Of a DNA stretch of 64,000 nt, positions 7,962 through 18,311 are shown one piece after another. Origin of the DNA: Candidatus Kapaibacterium sp. (GTDB lineage Bacteria > Bacteroidota > Ignavibacteria > Kapaibacteriales > Kapaibacteriaceae); assembly GCA_030833725.1 (NCBI GenBank), contig JAURGP010000003.1:708-64707 (forward strand), read 5' to 3'. Under the pieces are notes generated by a model. It had not been told where the DNA came from, did not search any database, and saw only the letters and a program-made list of their open reading frames with translations. Made by a program: the position numbers and the translations under genes. Every line of letters begins with the position of its first letter. The first letter of the stretch is position 1.

Positions 7962-10013
7962 ATGCGTAAATCGCTACTTGGTGTAGGTGCCTCAGCCCTG
8001 ATGGCTGTCACGGCCCTCGCTCAGATTCCCCAGGCCTTGCATCAGCAAGACAATCGCCTGCACATGCAGCGTCAGATGAAGGATGCTGCTGCTCACATCA
8101 CCGAAGCACCAGTACCCATGGTCCTGCGCTCGGCAAAGAATACCGCTGAACAGGCACTCACCTATCAGGTGCTGTACACCACGGACTTCTATCCGTTCTT
8201 CGAGATGTACAACACGAACCGCACGTTCTTCTACGATGCGGGTACAGACGCCGTGATCACCGTGCGCAATAACCGGACGTTTGCCCAAGGCTCGGGACAG
8301 TTGGAGGGTGGTCAGCTTCGCGTGTACACGTCGAACAACGACGGCGCCTCCTGGACCGAAACAGAAATCTTGAACAAGCCGGGAACCGTCGTGGCTATGC
8401 CCAACTTGGGCGTTGCAAACGGTGGTACCACGTCCGTGAACGAACTGCTGTGGTCGATTCTCGGCCTCACGTACGAGCAAAGCGCCGGTTGGGCTCTCAC
8501 CAGCAGCATCTACCTGCTAAACACCGCATCGGGCTTGTTGGACTTCCCCGGTAACGGTGGCCCACAGTCGAGCAATCCCAGCGGCTTCGAGTGGTACTAC
8601 GGCGACATCGTGAGCGTGAATGGTGATGCACCAACCACGCACATGGTAAGCCAGCTGCGCCGCAACAACAACGCCGGTCAGTACGGCACCTACGGCACAT
8701 GGACTTTCGACTACTCCTTTGAAGACTTCACCGTCTCGACCATTCCTACGGCATGGGATGTATCGCAGTTCCGGAACCCCGGAACACTGCTGAGCACCTA
8801 CAATAGTGCCGCCCGCCTCGGTGCCGACGAAGAAGGCCGTCTGTATATGGTGGTGAATAACCTGTTTGCCGATGATGAAAACAACCGCGTAGCCGCTGTT
8901 TCGACGTCGGACGACCAAGGAACCACGTGGTCGAACTTCGACCGTCTGCCAACCAGCGCACTAAATGCGTATGCCACAGCTCAAGGCTGGGAGAACATCT
9001 TCGTCTACCGCGCCTATGACCAGGAGGCCCTGGCCGTAACCGGTATCGGTAAGTTCTCCTACTTCCTGCGCGTTGCTTCCAGCGATGCCGAGGGTAACCT
9101 CGCAGCACTAGACATCGTCGAGATTGGCTATGATAACGGTGCATGGAGCGTGGGCAAGGTTGCGTCGCTGAACGGCATTCCGCTCGAGTTCAGCCGTCAG
9201 GACTCGCTGTCGCAGATTGCTGGTGGCCAGTACGGCTGGGTACCCAGCTATGCCGTAGCATCGCAAGGTCATGAGATCGATGTGGCCGTTGCTGCCGACG
9301 GTGGTGGTCTGATTGTCAAGTGGATTGATGAGAACCCGGATCTGGGCTACCAGCAACTGGGCAAGACACAGTCGGCCTACTTCTTCAGCCAGCAGAATGG
9401 TCAGTGGGTAGAGTCCCAGTTCGACTCGCTCCTCACCACGGACGTGTACTATGCTGTGAAGCCAGCTGGTGGATCGTGGCAAACGCCCGTGAACATCACA
9501 CGCGACATCGCCTACGATAAAGGTACCCGCATTCCAGCCATCGTGCCAAGTCTGGAGCGCATTCCGTTCATGTCGCTGAAGACGATTACGAAGGCGCAGT
9601 ACAATCCATCGTATCCATTCCTGCCTGCCATCCAGCAGATCCCTGATCTGATTCTTGATGCCAGCGTGCACTATGCCACGCCGAACCAAGTGCAGTACAC
9701 GTCGTTCAACGCCTTGAATCCAAGCTCGGTGAACGAAGAAGGCGTTGCCTATCCATTCGCGCTGAACACCATCGCGCCGAACCCGGCTGCGGTTTCGGCT
9801 GAGGTGACGTTCACGATGGATGTTGCTGGCATGGTAGCAGTTGATGTGTTCTCGACCACCGGTGTGAAGGTTGCTACCGTCTACAACGGCGAGCTGCAGT
9901 CCGGCATTCACGGTGTAACGGTGAATACCAACACCCTTGCTTCGGGTACGTACTACGTAGCACTGTCGGTGAACGGTCAGCGACTGGTTCAGCCCCTTAC
10001 GGTGGTTCGCTAG
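7962..10013 (+). CDS. BNR/Asp-box repeat protein with T9SS C-terminal sorting domain
   Basis: ORF 7890..10013 trimmed to MRKSLLGVGASALMAVTALAQ. Asp-boxes SNNDGASWTE and STSDDQGTTWSN. C-terminal ~80 aa ...LASGTYYVALSVNGQRLVQPLTVVR. Confidence 0.75.
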   Translation: MRKSLLGVGASALMAVTALAQIPQALHQQDNRLHMQRQMKDAAAHITEAPVPMVLRSAKNTAEQALTYQVLYTTDFYPFFEMYNTNRTFFYDAGTDAVITVRNNRTFAQGSGQLEGGQLRVYTSNNDGASWTETEILNKPGTVVAMPNLGVANGGTTSVNELLWSILGLTYEQSAGWALTSSIYLLNTASGLLDFPGNGGPQSSNPSGFEWYYGDIVSVNGDAPTTHMVSQLRRNNNAGQYGTYGTWTFDYSFEDFTVSTIPTAWDVSQFRNPGTLLSTYNSAARLGADEEGRLYMVVNNLFADDENNRVAAVSTSDDQGTTWSNFDRLPTSALNAYATAQGWENIFVYRAYDQEALAVTGIGKFSYFLRVASSDAEGNLAALDIVEIGYDNGAWSVGKVASLNGIPLEFSRQDSLSQIAGGQYGWVPSYAVASQGHEIDVAVAADGGGLIVKWIDENPDLGYQQLGKTQSAYFFSQQNGQWVESQFDSLLTTDVYYAVKPAGGSWQTPVNITRDIAYDKGTRIPAIVPSLERIPFMSLKTITKAQYNPSYPFLPAIQQIPDLILDASVHYATPNQVQYTSFNALNPSSVNEEGVAYPFALNTIAPNPAAVSAEVTFTMDVAGMVAVDVFSTTGVKVATVYNGELQSGIHGVTVNTNTLASGTYYVALSVNGQRLVQPLTVVR

Positions 10014-10070
10014 TTCGGATTAGACAGTCTGGATTAGAGCGTCCGAATCGTCATCATATCGCGTATTTTC

Positions 10071-10104
10071 AGGGCAGTCCACACGGGCTGCCCTTTCTTT
10101 GTTG
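10071..10104 (+). terminator. intrinsic terminator
   Basis: 10-bp stem 10071-10080/10085-10094 with tetraloop ACAC and one U-G wobble valid only on the plus strand. Followed by TTCTTTGTTG. Confidence 0.75.
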
Positions 10105-10141
10105 TCACCGCACTTTTTTTTCACTGCCCGTCGGAACATCC

Positions 10142-11491
10142 ATGCGTCTTCTTCTAGCCCTGGTCGTGTTCACCGCCTCCGTCTCTGCACAGTCCTGGCA
10201 ACTGATCCTACCGAAGCAAGCCTTCACGATGCAGGTCAATCCCCAAGATCCTCAGAAATTGATCGTGGGAAACTGGGCCAATCAAATGCTGCGCTCCGAC
10301 GACGGAGGGCTGACGTGGGAAACCAAGGAGTTGGGATCGACCTCGGTGGTGTCGTACGTGACGTCGCTCCACTGGAGTAGTGCTGATACCAACGTGATCG
10401 TTGGTGCGGGCTTCGTGTTTGCCGGTATCAAACGCAGTACGGACGGAGGCACGACGTGGGAGCAAGTGCTGCTCGACACCAACCAGAACCGGATGTGGTA
10501 CATCTCCGATGCCGTGATCGAGGATCCCTCAAATCCGTCAACACTGTACGCTGCTCGTGGTACCACCTACAACACCATCTATCGCAGCTCGGATGTTGGG
10601 GCCACGTGGGACTCCATCAGTGTGATCGACCCTACGCTTACGGGCCGGTTGTGCACCATCACCGCCCGACCCGACTCAACCAACATCCTCTACGTAGGCG
10701 CCCAGGGTGGGCTGATGTTTCGCTCCGATGATGCCGGCCTGAATTGGCGGCAGGTCCCTGTATTGGACACGGCCCTGAAGATTGCTCCTGATGCCGAGAT
10801 TCCGAAGATCGTGTTTTCCCGCCGCGACCCCATGACGGGCTATGCCGTGGTAGCCATTGGCTCTATCCTTTACAGGCCCAACAGTGGCGGCGTGCTCAAG
10901 ACCACCGATGGCGGTGCATCGTGGTACCGCACCGGCTTTTCTGATACCAGCTTCTGGGCCGTCGACAGCCGACCGACTCGTGACGGTCTCCACGATGATG
11001 TGTTTGCAGGGGGCTTCCGTCTTGCATTGATTCCCACGGATCTGAAGGGCGACAGTCTCGTATTCCGCTCCACCGATGGCGGTGAGAGCTGGACACAGTT
11101 CACCGCGATCGACTGGCAGCCCAATGAGATCGGTCAAACACTGGCCAACGTCTGGATGATGCGTTGGGATCCAGTCGGCGAGAAGATGTACATGGCCACA
11201 CAGTTAGGGCTCTATGTTCTGGACGAGTCCACCACGGTCCAGGATGTCCTGCATCCATCCAGCCTGCGTGTAGAGCAGACGGGAACGTCTGTGTTGATTG
11301 TTGATAGCACACCCTCACCGAACGTCCGTTGGGCGATCTACGGCATGGATGGGCAGCGGTGGATGGAGGGCGATGCTTCCGCCACGGGTCAGGCCTCCAT
11401 TGCCACGAGCCCCCTACCCAACGGTCGATACGTGATCACCTGGGAAACCGAAAGATCCGTGCGTACCGTCACACTTTCGGTGGTGCGATAG
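10142..11491 (+). CDS. BNR/Asp-box beta-propeller protein (sialidase/Ycf48-like fold) with T9SS C-terminal domain
   Basis: Six S/T-x-D-x-G-x-[TS]-W boxes (RSDDGGLTWE, RSTDGGTTWE, SSDVGATWD, RSDDAGLNWR, TTDGGASWY, RSTDGGESWT), a signal peptide, and a C-terminus ending ...LSVVR. Confidence 0.75.
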   Translation: MRLLLALVVFTASVSAQSWQLILPKQAFTMQVNPQDPQKLIVGNWANQMLRSDDGGLTWETKELGSTSVVSYVTSLHWSSADTNVIVGAGFVFAGIKRSTDGGTTWEQVLLDTNQNRMWYISDAVIEDPSNPSTLYAARGTTYNTIYRSSDVGATWDSISVIDPTLTGRLCTITARPDSTNILYVGAQGGLMFRSDDAGLNWRQVPVLDTALKIAPDAEIPKIVFSRRDPMTGYAVVAIGSILYRPNSGGVLKTTDGGASWYRTGFSDTSFWAVDSRPTRDGLHDDVFAGGFRLALIPTDLKGDSLVFRSTDGGESWTQFTAIDWQPNEIGQTLANVWMMRWDPVGEKMYMATQLGLYVLDESTTVQDVLHPSSLRVEQTGTSVLIVDSTPSPNVRWAIYGMDGQRWMEGDASATGQASIATSPLPNGRYVITWETERSVRTVTLSVVR

Positions 11492-11494
11492 GGT

Positions 11495-12472
11495 TTAGAG
11501 CTGTTCGGCGACGACGGTGTTGGTGAGTGAGCCCAGTCGGTCGATGGAACATGTGACCGTATCGCCCACCTTCAGCCACCATGCGGGCTCGTACACCTTG
11601 CTACCGTTGAGCTCTAGGAAGCAACCCGTACCGACAGTGCCCGATCCAATCACGTCGCCCGGGTAGAGTGTGACGCCGTAGCTGGCCCGCTCAATGATCT
11701 GGGCGAAGGTCCACGACATGTCCTTCATGTTGCCGCGGGACACCTCGGTACCATTCACGTGACACGTCATCTCGAGGTCGTACAGGTCGCCGTGGGGCGT
11801 TGAAATCTTGCGATCCTCGAGTTCGTCCTTCGTCACCAGCCAAGGACCGATCGCGGTTGCGAAGTCCTTGCCCTTCGCCGGACCAAGGTTGAGTTTCATC
11901 TCGTGCATCTGCAGGGCACGCGCACTCCAGTCGTTCATCACGGTATAGCCGGCAATGTAGGAGTCGGCTTCGGACGCCTTGATGTTCCTCCCCTCCTTGC
12001 CTATCACAATGGCACCCTCGAGCTCAAAGTCCAGCTGGTTCAGGTGCATAGGCAACACGGGAATCGGGCCCGGTCCATACACGGCGTTGTGGTTGGTAAA
12101 GTAGAAGATGGGAATCTCATCGAATTCGGGAATCATCTCAACACCACGGTTGCGGCGGGCTGCCTCCACGTGCTGACGGAAGGCATATCCATCACGCATC
12201 GACGTCGGTCGAGGCACGGGCGCGGCCAGAATGTCCTCGGAGAGAGCTACTGAAGCTGCACTGCTGGATCCGCCGGATCCGCCATGTAGTCCATCACGCA
12301 GGCGCTGCATCATCATCTCACCGCCACGCAGGAAGTCCAGCATGCTGGATGGCATGTCTGGCGCAATCTCCTGCACGTCTACGATGCCGTCGTTGACAAC
12401 TACGCCAAGGCGCAGTTCAAGGCTCAGTTCTTGAGGTGACGTATGGGGCCGACGGTAGGTGACAAGTTTCAT
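11495..12472 (-). CDS. fumarylacetoacetate hydrolase (FAH) family protein
   Basis: 325 aa. C-terminal FAH-domain motifs (ELEGAIVIGK, MNDWSAR, PGDVIGSGTVG). Confidence 0.85.
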   Translation of the reverse strand: MKLVTYRRPHTSPQELSLELRLGVVVNDGIVDVQEIAPDMPSSMLDFLRGGEMMMQRLRDGLHGGSGGSSSAASVALSEDILAAPVPRPTSMRDGYAFRQHVEAARRNRGVEMIPEFDEIPIFYFTNHNAVYGPGPIPVLPMHLNQLDFELEGAIVIGKEGRNIKASEADSYIAGYTVMNDWSARALQMHEMKLNLGPAKGKDFATAIGPWLVTKDELEDRKISTPHGDLYDLEMTCHVNGTEVSRGNMKDMSWTFAQIIERASYGVTLYPGDVIGSGTVGTGCFLELNGSKVYEPAWWLKVGDTVTCSIDRLGSLTNTVVAEQL

Positions 12473-13872
12473 GGTGATGTAGGTATGTGGTGAGAAGATC
12501 TACAAATATGCAGGATGTGAGTTACGCCCATCGTACCAAACGCTACGGCAAGTCCCAGTTGAAACATGGAAGCGAGATACCATCCGGCCCCGATCGAGTA
12601 TCCCACGCATACTGCAAGGTACAGTGCCAGGAGCATCTCCACGGTAGCATCACTCCTACGCGCGGCACTACCACCAGGATCGGTGCTGCCTTTTGGTGTT
12701 CGTTCGAATTCCGATGGCCTGCCCAACATGGCTTCCAAGACGGCGCGTGTATTCCGCACAGCGAGCCCCATGGTGCCCAGTAGCGCAACAGGAAGCCCCC
12801 TACCAAGCGGTTTCCAAGCGCCTTGAACTCTGCGGTGCACCAGAGCCGTGATCACCGGCACGATGGAGGGAATCCACAACCACTGTGGCAGCTCGTCAAG
12901 ACCCAGCAGCGGCAACTGCAGCACTGCTATCACGATCACCGACGGAAACACGAGGCCGCTGGACAGGTGCATCACGGCCTCGATCCGACACGTCCAGGGA
13001 AGCGAGCTCTGCAGGATCGTGGGCAGAAGTTTCAGAGCCGTCTGCGCCGTGCCCTTTGTCCAGCGTACCTGCTGGGTACTCAATGCCGGCAGCGTACTCG
13101 GCAGATCTGCCGGCACCACGACGTGATCACAGTATACAGCCTTCCACCCCTTCATCTGGGCACGGTAGGCCAGATCGACATCTTCGGTCAGCGTATCGCT
13201 CTGCCAGCCACCGGCGTCTGAGATGGCTGCTCGGCGCCAGATACCGGCCGTGCCATTGAAGGGCAGCATGAGGTCCATCTGTGATCGATAGCGCTGATCA
13301 GCCTTGAAGTGGGCATCCAACACGATGGCCTGCGCGCGCGTCAGGATCGTCGCCGTAGCGTTACGATGCGTCCACCGCGCTTGAACAAAGGCCACACGCT
13401 CATCCTGAAATGCCCCGACGGTACGGTGCAGGAAGTCGGCGTCGGGTGTGAAGTCGGCATCGAAGATGGCAATGAGCTCACCGGTAGATGTCGATAGACC
13501 ATGTGCAAGCGCCCCGGCCTTGTACCCAGCGCGTGACGACCGCCGTATGTGGGACACCGGCATGCTGAACTGGTGCTTCTGGAGCAGATCGGCGATGATA
13601 GCGGAAGTGACATCTGTAGAGTCATCTAGGATCTGGACCTGCATCAGATCTGCCGGGTAGTCGAGTGAGGCGATGCCGTGGAGCAATCGCTCGACCACGG
13701 CCGGCTCGTTGTACACGGGCAACTGAATCGTGACGCGTGGCAGGATGCTAGGGGGCTCCGGGCAGACTGCGTAACGACTCTGCGAGAGCCATAGCACCCT
13801 GCCGGCATAGATACCATGGAGGACGAGAACGCAGAGGGCCAGCGTGTACGGGACAAGGACGACTTCTGCCAC
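12469..13872 (-). CDS. family 2 glycosyltransferase, processive cellulose-synthase-like type
   Basis: 467 aa. DDSTD and FDADF (D,D,D) motifs, the QVRWTKG (QxxRW) motif, and flanking transmembrane helices. 4-nt overlap with the FAH gene. Confidence 0.85.
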   Translation of the reverse strand: MAEVVLVPYTLALCVLVLHGIYAGRVLWLSQSRYAVCPEPPSILPRVTIQLPVYNEPAVVERLLHGIASLDYPADLMQVQILDDSTDVTSAIIADLLQKHQFSMPVSHIRRSSRAGYKAGALAHGLSTSTGELIAIFDADFTPDADFLHRTVGAFQDERVAFVQARWTHRNATATILTRAQAIVLDAHFKADQRYRSQMDLMLPFNGTAGIWRRAAISDAGGWQSDTLTEDVDLAYRAQMKGWKAVYCDHVVVPADLPSTLPALSTQQVRWTKGTAQTALKLLPTILQSSLPWTCRIEAVMHLSSGLVFPSVIVIAVLQLPLLGLDELPQWLWIPSIVPVITALVHRRVQGAWKPLGRGLPVALLGTMGLAVRNTRAVLEAMLGRPSEFERTPKGSTDPGGSAARRSDATVEMLLALYLAVCVGYSIGAGWYLASMFQLGLAVAFGTMGVTHILHICRSSHHIPTSP

Positions 13873-13877
13873 CGAGA

Positions 13878-14372
13878 TTACCAGTCTGAGACAACAGCCA
13901 GAAGAATGTCATCAACCACGCGGTCGATGGCTGCACGAGCCGCCCTCTGCCGATCTTCAGTAGCATTGGCTACATCGTAGACGTCGAAGTTCTCGAAGGT
14001 GCGCTTCCACACTTGCCTGCTCTTGACGGCATCGACGTACTCTACCTGAAACGCCACTACAATGCGGCGCTGGTTTTCCAGATCGGACTGTTGTACGTTG
14101 ATCATCTGATCCTGAATCTTCACGAGCACCGGTGTCAAGCGCGCATCGCCATCGTTGTCCACCAGCTGCAGGGAGTTGTCGCTGCGGAATCGCTGTAGGA
14201 GCGTCTCGGTGGCATACTCGCGCAGCGACGCGTCGCCAAACCCACTGTTATCCACGATCGTGGCAATGGAGATGGTTTTCAGATGATCCGGGACCGATCC
14301 CCCACGAAAAGAGTAGCAGCCCGTCAGCAATCCGATCATAAACACTGCGCCAATCCGTGCTCCGACAGTCAT
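13878..14372 (-). CDS. lptE: LPS-assembly lipoprotein LptE-like
   Basis: 164 aa. Lipobox LLTGC, then SFRGGS...IATIVDNSGFG, typical of Bacteroidota LptE. Confidence 0.7.
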   Translation of the reverse strand: MTVGARIGAVFMIGLLTGCYSFRGGSVPDHLKTISIATIVDNSGFGDASLREYATETLLQRFRSDNSLQLVDNDGDARLTPVLVKIQDQMINVQQSDLENQRRIVVAFQVEYVDAVKSRQVWKRTFENFDVYDVANATEDRQRAARAAIDRVVDDILLAVVSDW

Positions 14373-15019
14373 AGCGCTACTCCTGCCTGCACAAACGGAT
14401 TGCTCTGCATTTCATCACCAATCACCGTGAAGAGTCCGTGACCGGGATTGGCCACGTAATCGGGAGGAAGCGTGTAGAGCTGTGTGCGGATCGAATGGGC
14501 AAGCTGATCGAAATCACCACCGGGAAGGTCGGTTCTGCCTATCGAGCCGTTGAACAGTGTATCGCCGACGTACACCTGGCATACGTCGTGATCTACGAAG
14601 CACACACTTCCCTCGGAGTGCCCTGGAGTGTGACGCACCTCGAGTGCGATACCGGCAACCTGGATAGTAGATCCATCCTGGAGCAGCTCGTCGGGAGTTA
14701 CCGGGTCAATCGTAAATGGCAATGGCCAAATGGTATGCGCCATGGGATCCGTGAGGCGGTAAACGTCCAAAGGGTGCACCCATACCTTCGCTCCGGTTAA
14801 CCGCACCAGGGCGGCGCAATCAGCCGTATGATCCCAGTGCGTGTGCGTGAGCAGGATATCCGTGATCCGCACGTTGTAGGTCTGAGCAGCCTCCAGCATC
14901 AGCTCCACCGACTGGTGGGGGCAGTCAATCACTACCGCCGTACCTGCCGTGGCGTTGGCAATCATGTAGCCATTCGTGGCCACGGGACCGGTTTCGAAGA
15001 CTTCGGTGTACGTCATCAT
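14369..15019 (-). CDS. MBL-fold metallo-hydrolase (hydroxyacylglutathione hydrolase-like)
   Basis: ORF trimmed to ATG 15017-15019 (MMTYTEVF...). Has the HxHxDH motif LTHTHWDHT. Confidence 0.85.
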   Translation of the reverse strand: MMTYTEVFETGPVATNGYMIANATAGTAVVIDCPHQSVELMLEAAQTYNVRITDILLTHTHWDHTADCAALVRLTGAKVWVHPLDVYRLTDPMAHTIWPLPFTIDPVTPDELLQDGSTIQVAGIALEVRHTPGHSEGSVCFVDHDVCQVYVGDTLFNGSIGRTDLPGGDFDQLAHSIRTQLYTLPPDYVANPGHGLFTVIGDEMQSNPFVQAGVAL

Positions 15020-15020
15020 G

Positions 15021-15028
15021 CAAAAGTA
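15021..15028 (-). promoter_or_regulatory. TACTTTTG box directly abutting the MBL hydrolase ATG (promoter box, or the spacer of an AGGAGG Shine-Dalgarno)
   Basis: The minus strand reads AGGAGG-TACTTTTG-C-ATG. This is either an SD with 9-nt spacing or a -7 box giving a near-leaderless mRNA. Confidence 0.25.
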
Positions 15029-15107
15029 CCTCCTGCGTGCCGACTGTTTTCTATTTTCGTAACACGCTGAAACGTGATCTGTAGTACGATTCAAGGCTTG
15101 TGTGCCC

Positions 15108-15482
15108 ATGAATTCGATGAGTTCGGAATTAGGTACCTACGTGCCGCTGATGGTGATGATCCTCGTGGGCATCATCTTCGGAGCGAGCAACATTCTCCTG
15201 ACAGAGTGGCTGGGACCTCGTCGCACCACCAAGGAGAAGAAGTCCACGTACGAATCGGGCATGGAGCCCGTCAAGACAGCACGGGAACGTTTTACCGTGA
15301 AGTTCTATTTGGTGGCAATGATGTTCATCCTGTTCGACATTGAAGTCATCTTCATGTATCCGTGGGCAGTGCAGTTTCGCGAGCTCGGGATGTATGGATT
15401 CGTGGCCATGATGTTGTTCATGATCTTGTTGTTCAGCGGTTACCTCTATGTCGTGAAGAAAGGTGCACTGAAATGGGACTAA
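15108..15482 (+). CDS. nuoA: NADH-quinone oxidoreductase subunit A
   Basis: ORF 15102 (GTG) trimmed to ATG 15108. Three transmembrane helices and the YESG / FDIE motifs. Confidence 0.92.
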   Translation: MNSMSSELGTYVPLMVMILVGIIFGASNILLTEWLGPRRTTKEKKSTYESGMEPVKTARERFTVKFYLVAMMFILFDIEVIFMYPWAVQFRELGMYGFVAMMLFMILLFSGYLYVVKKGALKWD

Positions 15483-15997
15483 ACGAGCAGTTGGAGCGCG
15501 ATGGATTCGTGCTGACCAGCGTAGAATCGCTTATCACGTGGGCACAGCGCAACTCCCTGTGGCCAATGCCGATGGGCATTAGCTGTTGTGCCATCGAGAT
15601 GATGGCCTTTGGCGGACCACGCTCGGACGCTGCGCGCTTTGGCAGTGAGCGATTTTCGTTCTCCCCGCGCCAGGCCGACTTGATGATCGTTGCCGGTACG
15701 GTAACGTACAAGATGTCGTGGGTGGTGAAGAAGATCTGGGATCAGATGCCCGATCCGAAGTGGTGTATCGCCATGGGCGTATGTACCTCCACCGGTGGGA
15801 TGTTCCGGTCGTATCCGGTCGTACAGGGTATCGATCAGTTCCTGCCCGTGGATGCCTATGTGTCTGGTTGCCCTCCACGCCCTGAGGCGCTGATGAAGGC
15901 CCTGATGCAGATCCAGGAGCAGGTCAAAGAGTACAAGCCTACGCTACTGAACGCCGGCAAAGAGACGGCTCCGCAACACCGCGCCCAGGCCCTGTGA
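15473..15997 (+). CDS. nuoB: NADH-quinone oxidoreductase subunit B
   Basis: Starts at MGLNEQ (ATG 15473, overlapping nuoA by 10 nt). Has the N2-cluster motifs CCAIEMM, ...GVCTSTGG..., VSGCPP. Confidence 0.93.
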   Translation: MGLNEQLERDGFVLTSVESLITWAQRNSLWPMPMGISCCAIEMMAFGGPRSDAARFGSERFSFSPRQADLMIVAGTVTYKMSWVVKKIWDQMPDPKWCIAMGVCTSTGGMFRSYPVVQGIDQFLPVDAYVSGCPPRPEALMKALMQIQEQVKEYKPTLLNAGKETAPQHRAQAL

Positions 15998-17109
15998 TTA
16001 TCGCCGGTGTGATGACGGGCACGTCGATGGATGGCATCGACGTTGCGCTCTGCAGTATCGAACCAGCCTCCGAGGGCGATCGTCAAACGATCGCCCTTCT
16101 TGCATCTGTCACAGCCCCCTACCCTGCGGAGCTGCGCTGGCTGATTGATCGCGCGCTTCAGGGGCAGGCAAGTATGGAGGAGCTCAGCGACCTTCCCTAT
16201 TTCTTGGCTCGCGCCTATGCCGACGTGCTCATGGAGATGCCTAATTGGAACCACGTGCAGGCCGTTGGAGTGCACGGCCAGACGCTCTGGCATCATCCAC
16301 CAGTGTCTACGTGGCAGGCCGTGTCGGGTACGGCACTGGCGGAGTACCTCGGCGTGCCGGTGGTGTATGATTTCCGCGCCAGCGACGTAGCCCACGGTGG
16401 CCAGGGAGCTCCGCTCGTGCCGCGGTTTGACCACACCTTCCTGGGCAGTCCGGAGGAGCACCGCGCCGCCCTGAACATTGGTGGCATGGCCAACCTTACG
16501 CTGCTACCGGCAGATACATCCATCAATCAGGTCCGAGCATTCGATACCGGGCCGGGGAACGTGCTCATCAACGCCCTGTGCGAAAAGACCTTTGGAAAGC
16601 GCTATGATGCAGGGGGCTCGATTGCGCGCTCAGGTACGATCATCGATCAGGCCTTCAGCGAGCTCCGGACCCATCCGTTTTTCTTCGACGATCCTCCCAA
16701 GAGTACGGGACGCGAGGTGTTTGGTCCAGCCATGGCCGAGGCCCTGTATCGGCGCTACGCCCATCCGTCCGTACCGAGTGAAGATCTCGTGACCACCCTT
16801 ACGGAACTCACGGCATGGTCCGTTGGCGACCACCTGCGCCGCTACCAACCAGACTGCCAGCGCGTGCTGGTTGCCGGTGGAGGCGTGCATAACACGTACC
16901 TGATGGAACGCTTGGCCGTCCATTGTGGTTCTGCCGTCGTAGAGTCGACGACCTCCGTTGGCATCGATCCCGATGCGAAGGAGGCCATGTGCTTTGCCTG
17001 GCTAGCATGGCGCACACTCCATCGCCTGCCAGGAAACGTCCCCTCCGTCACAGGAGCTCGGCGAGAGGTGATCTTAGGAAGTGTGGCTGGACAGCCCGTA
17101 GTTTTGTAG
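15994..17109 (+). CDS. anmK: anhydro-N-acetylmuramic acid kinase
   Basis: GTG start overlapping the nuoB stop (GTGA). N-terminus [18 protein letters not shown], typical of AnmK. 371 aa. Confidence 0.88.
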   Translation: MIIAGVMTGTSMDGIDVALCSIEPASEGDRQTIALLASVTAPYPAELRWLIDRALQGQASMEELSDLPYFLARAYADVLMEMPNWNHVQAVGVHGQTLWHHPPVSTWQAVSGTALAEYLGVPVVYDFRASDVAHGGQGAPLVPRFDHTFLGSPEEHRAALNIGGMANLTLLPADTSINQVRAFDTGPGNVLINALCEKTFGKRYDAGGSIARSGTIIDQAFSELRTHPFFFDDPPKSTGREVFGPAMAEALYRRYAHPSVPSEDLVTTLTELTAWSVGDHLRRYQPDCQRVLVAGGGVHNTYLMERLAVHCGSAVVESTTSVGIDPDAKEAMCFAWLAWRTLHRLPGNVPSVTGARREVILGSVAGQPVVL

Positions 17110-17135
17110 CTCATCACATCAACACGGAAGTTTTC

Positions 17136-18296
17136 ATGAGTGGCTTTAGCGTAGAGTTCTCCGAAATGCACGACATGATCCGCACTACTGCCCGCGACTT
17201 TGCCGCCAACGATGTGGCGCCGTCGTCGGTGGAGCGCGACAAAAACGGCACCTTCCCTACCGACATCGTCAAGAAGATGGGGGAACTGGGCTTCATGGGT
17301 ATGATGGTCGACCCGCAATGGGGCGGCTCAGGACTCGACGCCATGAGCTATGTGCTGGCCATGGAAGAGATCTCTGCCGTGGATGCGTCAGTAGGCGTGA
17401 TCATGTCGGTCAACAACTCCCTCGTGTGCTGGGGACTAGAATCCTATGGCAGCGATGATCAGAAAGAGCGCTTCCTCAAGCCCCTTGCCCAAGGCCTCAT
17501 TCACGGTGCCTTCTGCTTGTCGGAGCCAGAGGCGGGATCGGATGCTACGCGCCAGCATACCACGGCTGAGAAGACCGATGGTGGCTGGATCCTGAATGGT
17601 ACCAAGAACTGGATTACCAACGGTACTACAGCCAGCACCTATCTGGTGATGGCGCAAACCGACCGGGAGCTGAAGCACAAGGGTATCACCTGCTTCATTA
17701 TCGACCGCAACACGCCCGGCTTCGAACCTGGACTAAAGGAAGACAAACTGGGCATCCGCAGTAGCGACACCTGCTCCATCGGTCTGACCAACGTGTTCGT
17801 CCCGGACGATCAAGTCCTGGGTGGTGTCGGCGCAGGGTTCAAGATTGCCATGGAGAGCCTCAACGGTGGTCGCATCGGTATTGCTGCCCAAGCTCTCGGT
17901 ATTGCCAAGGGTGCCTTCGAAGCCGCCCTTCGCTATTCCACCGAGCGCCAGGCATTTGGCAAGCCCATCAGCAATCTTCAGGCCATCCAGATGAAGCTGG
18001 CCGACATGGCCACTCGCCTAGAGGCCGCCCGCATGCTGGTGTACCGCGCTGCGTGGATGAAGGATCAGCACATGAACTACATCAAGGCAGCTGCCCAAGC
18101 AAAACTTGCTGCCTCCCAGGCTGCCGTCCACATTGCTCTCGAAGCCATTCAGGTCCACGGCGGCTACGGCTACGTGCGAGAGTACCTCGTGGAGCGCTAC
18201 CTCCGCGATGCCAAGATCACCGAGATCTACGAAGGCACCAGCGAAATCCAGCACATCGTCATCGCCCGCGAACTCCTCAAGGAGATCGGCGCGTAA
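17136..18296 (+). CDS. acyl-CoA dehydrogenase (short/butyryl-CoA type)
   Basis: ORF 16923..18296 trimmed to ATG 17136 (MSGFSVEFSEMHDMIRTTARDFA). 386 aa. Ends ...ITEIYEGTSEIQHIVIAREL. Confidence 0.92.
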   Translation: MSGFSVEFSEMHDMIRTTARDFAANDVAPSSVERDKNGTFPTDIVKKMGELGFMGMMVDPQWGGSGLDAMSYVLAMEEISAVDASVGVIMSVNNSLVCWGLESYGSDDQKERFLKPLAQGLIHGAFCLSEPEAGSDATRQHTTAEKTDGGWILNGTKNWITNGTTASTYLVMAQTDRELKHKGITCFIIDRNTPGFEPGLKEDKLGIRSSDTCSIGLTNVFVPDDQVLGGVGAGFKIAMESLNGGRIGIAAQALGIAKGAFEAALRYSTERQAFGKPISNLQAIQMKLADMATRLEAARMLVYRAAWMKDQHMNYIKAAAQAKLAASQAAVHIALEAIQVHGGYGYVREYLVERYLRDAKITEIYEGTSEIQHIVIARELLKEIGA

Positions 18297-18311
18297 CGTT
18301 AGCGGCTGTGG

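Noticed and set aside
16923-17135. N-terminal extensions offered by the ORF track. These are acd from 16923, folD from 53183, yidC from 41456, yidD from 41739, rlpA from 47349, the Wzy-like gene from 54421 and nuoB from 15362.
   Set aside because: Each extension overlaps the preceding gene or a divergent gene and lacks family similarity. An internal ATG or GTG reproduces the conserved N-terminus or a signal peptide, and often creates an ATGA or short overlap with the neighbour.
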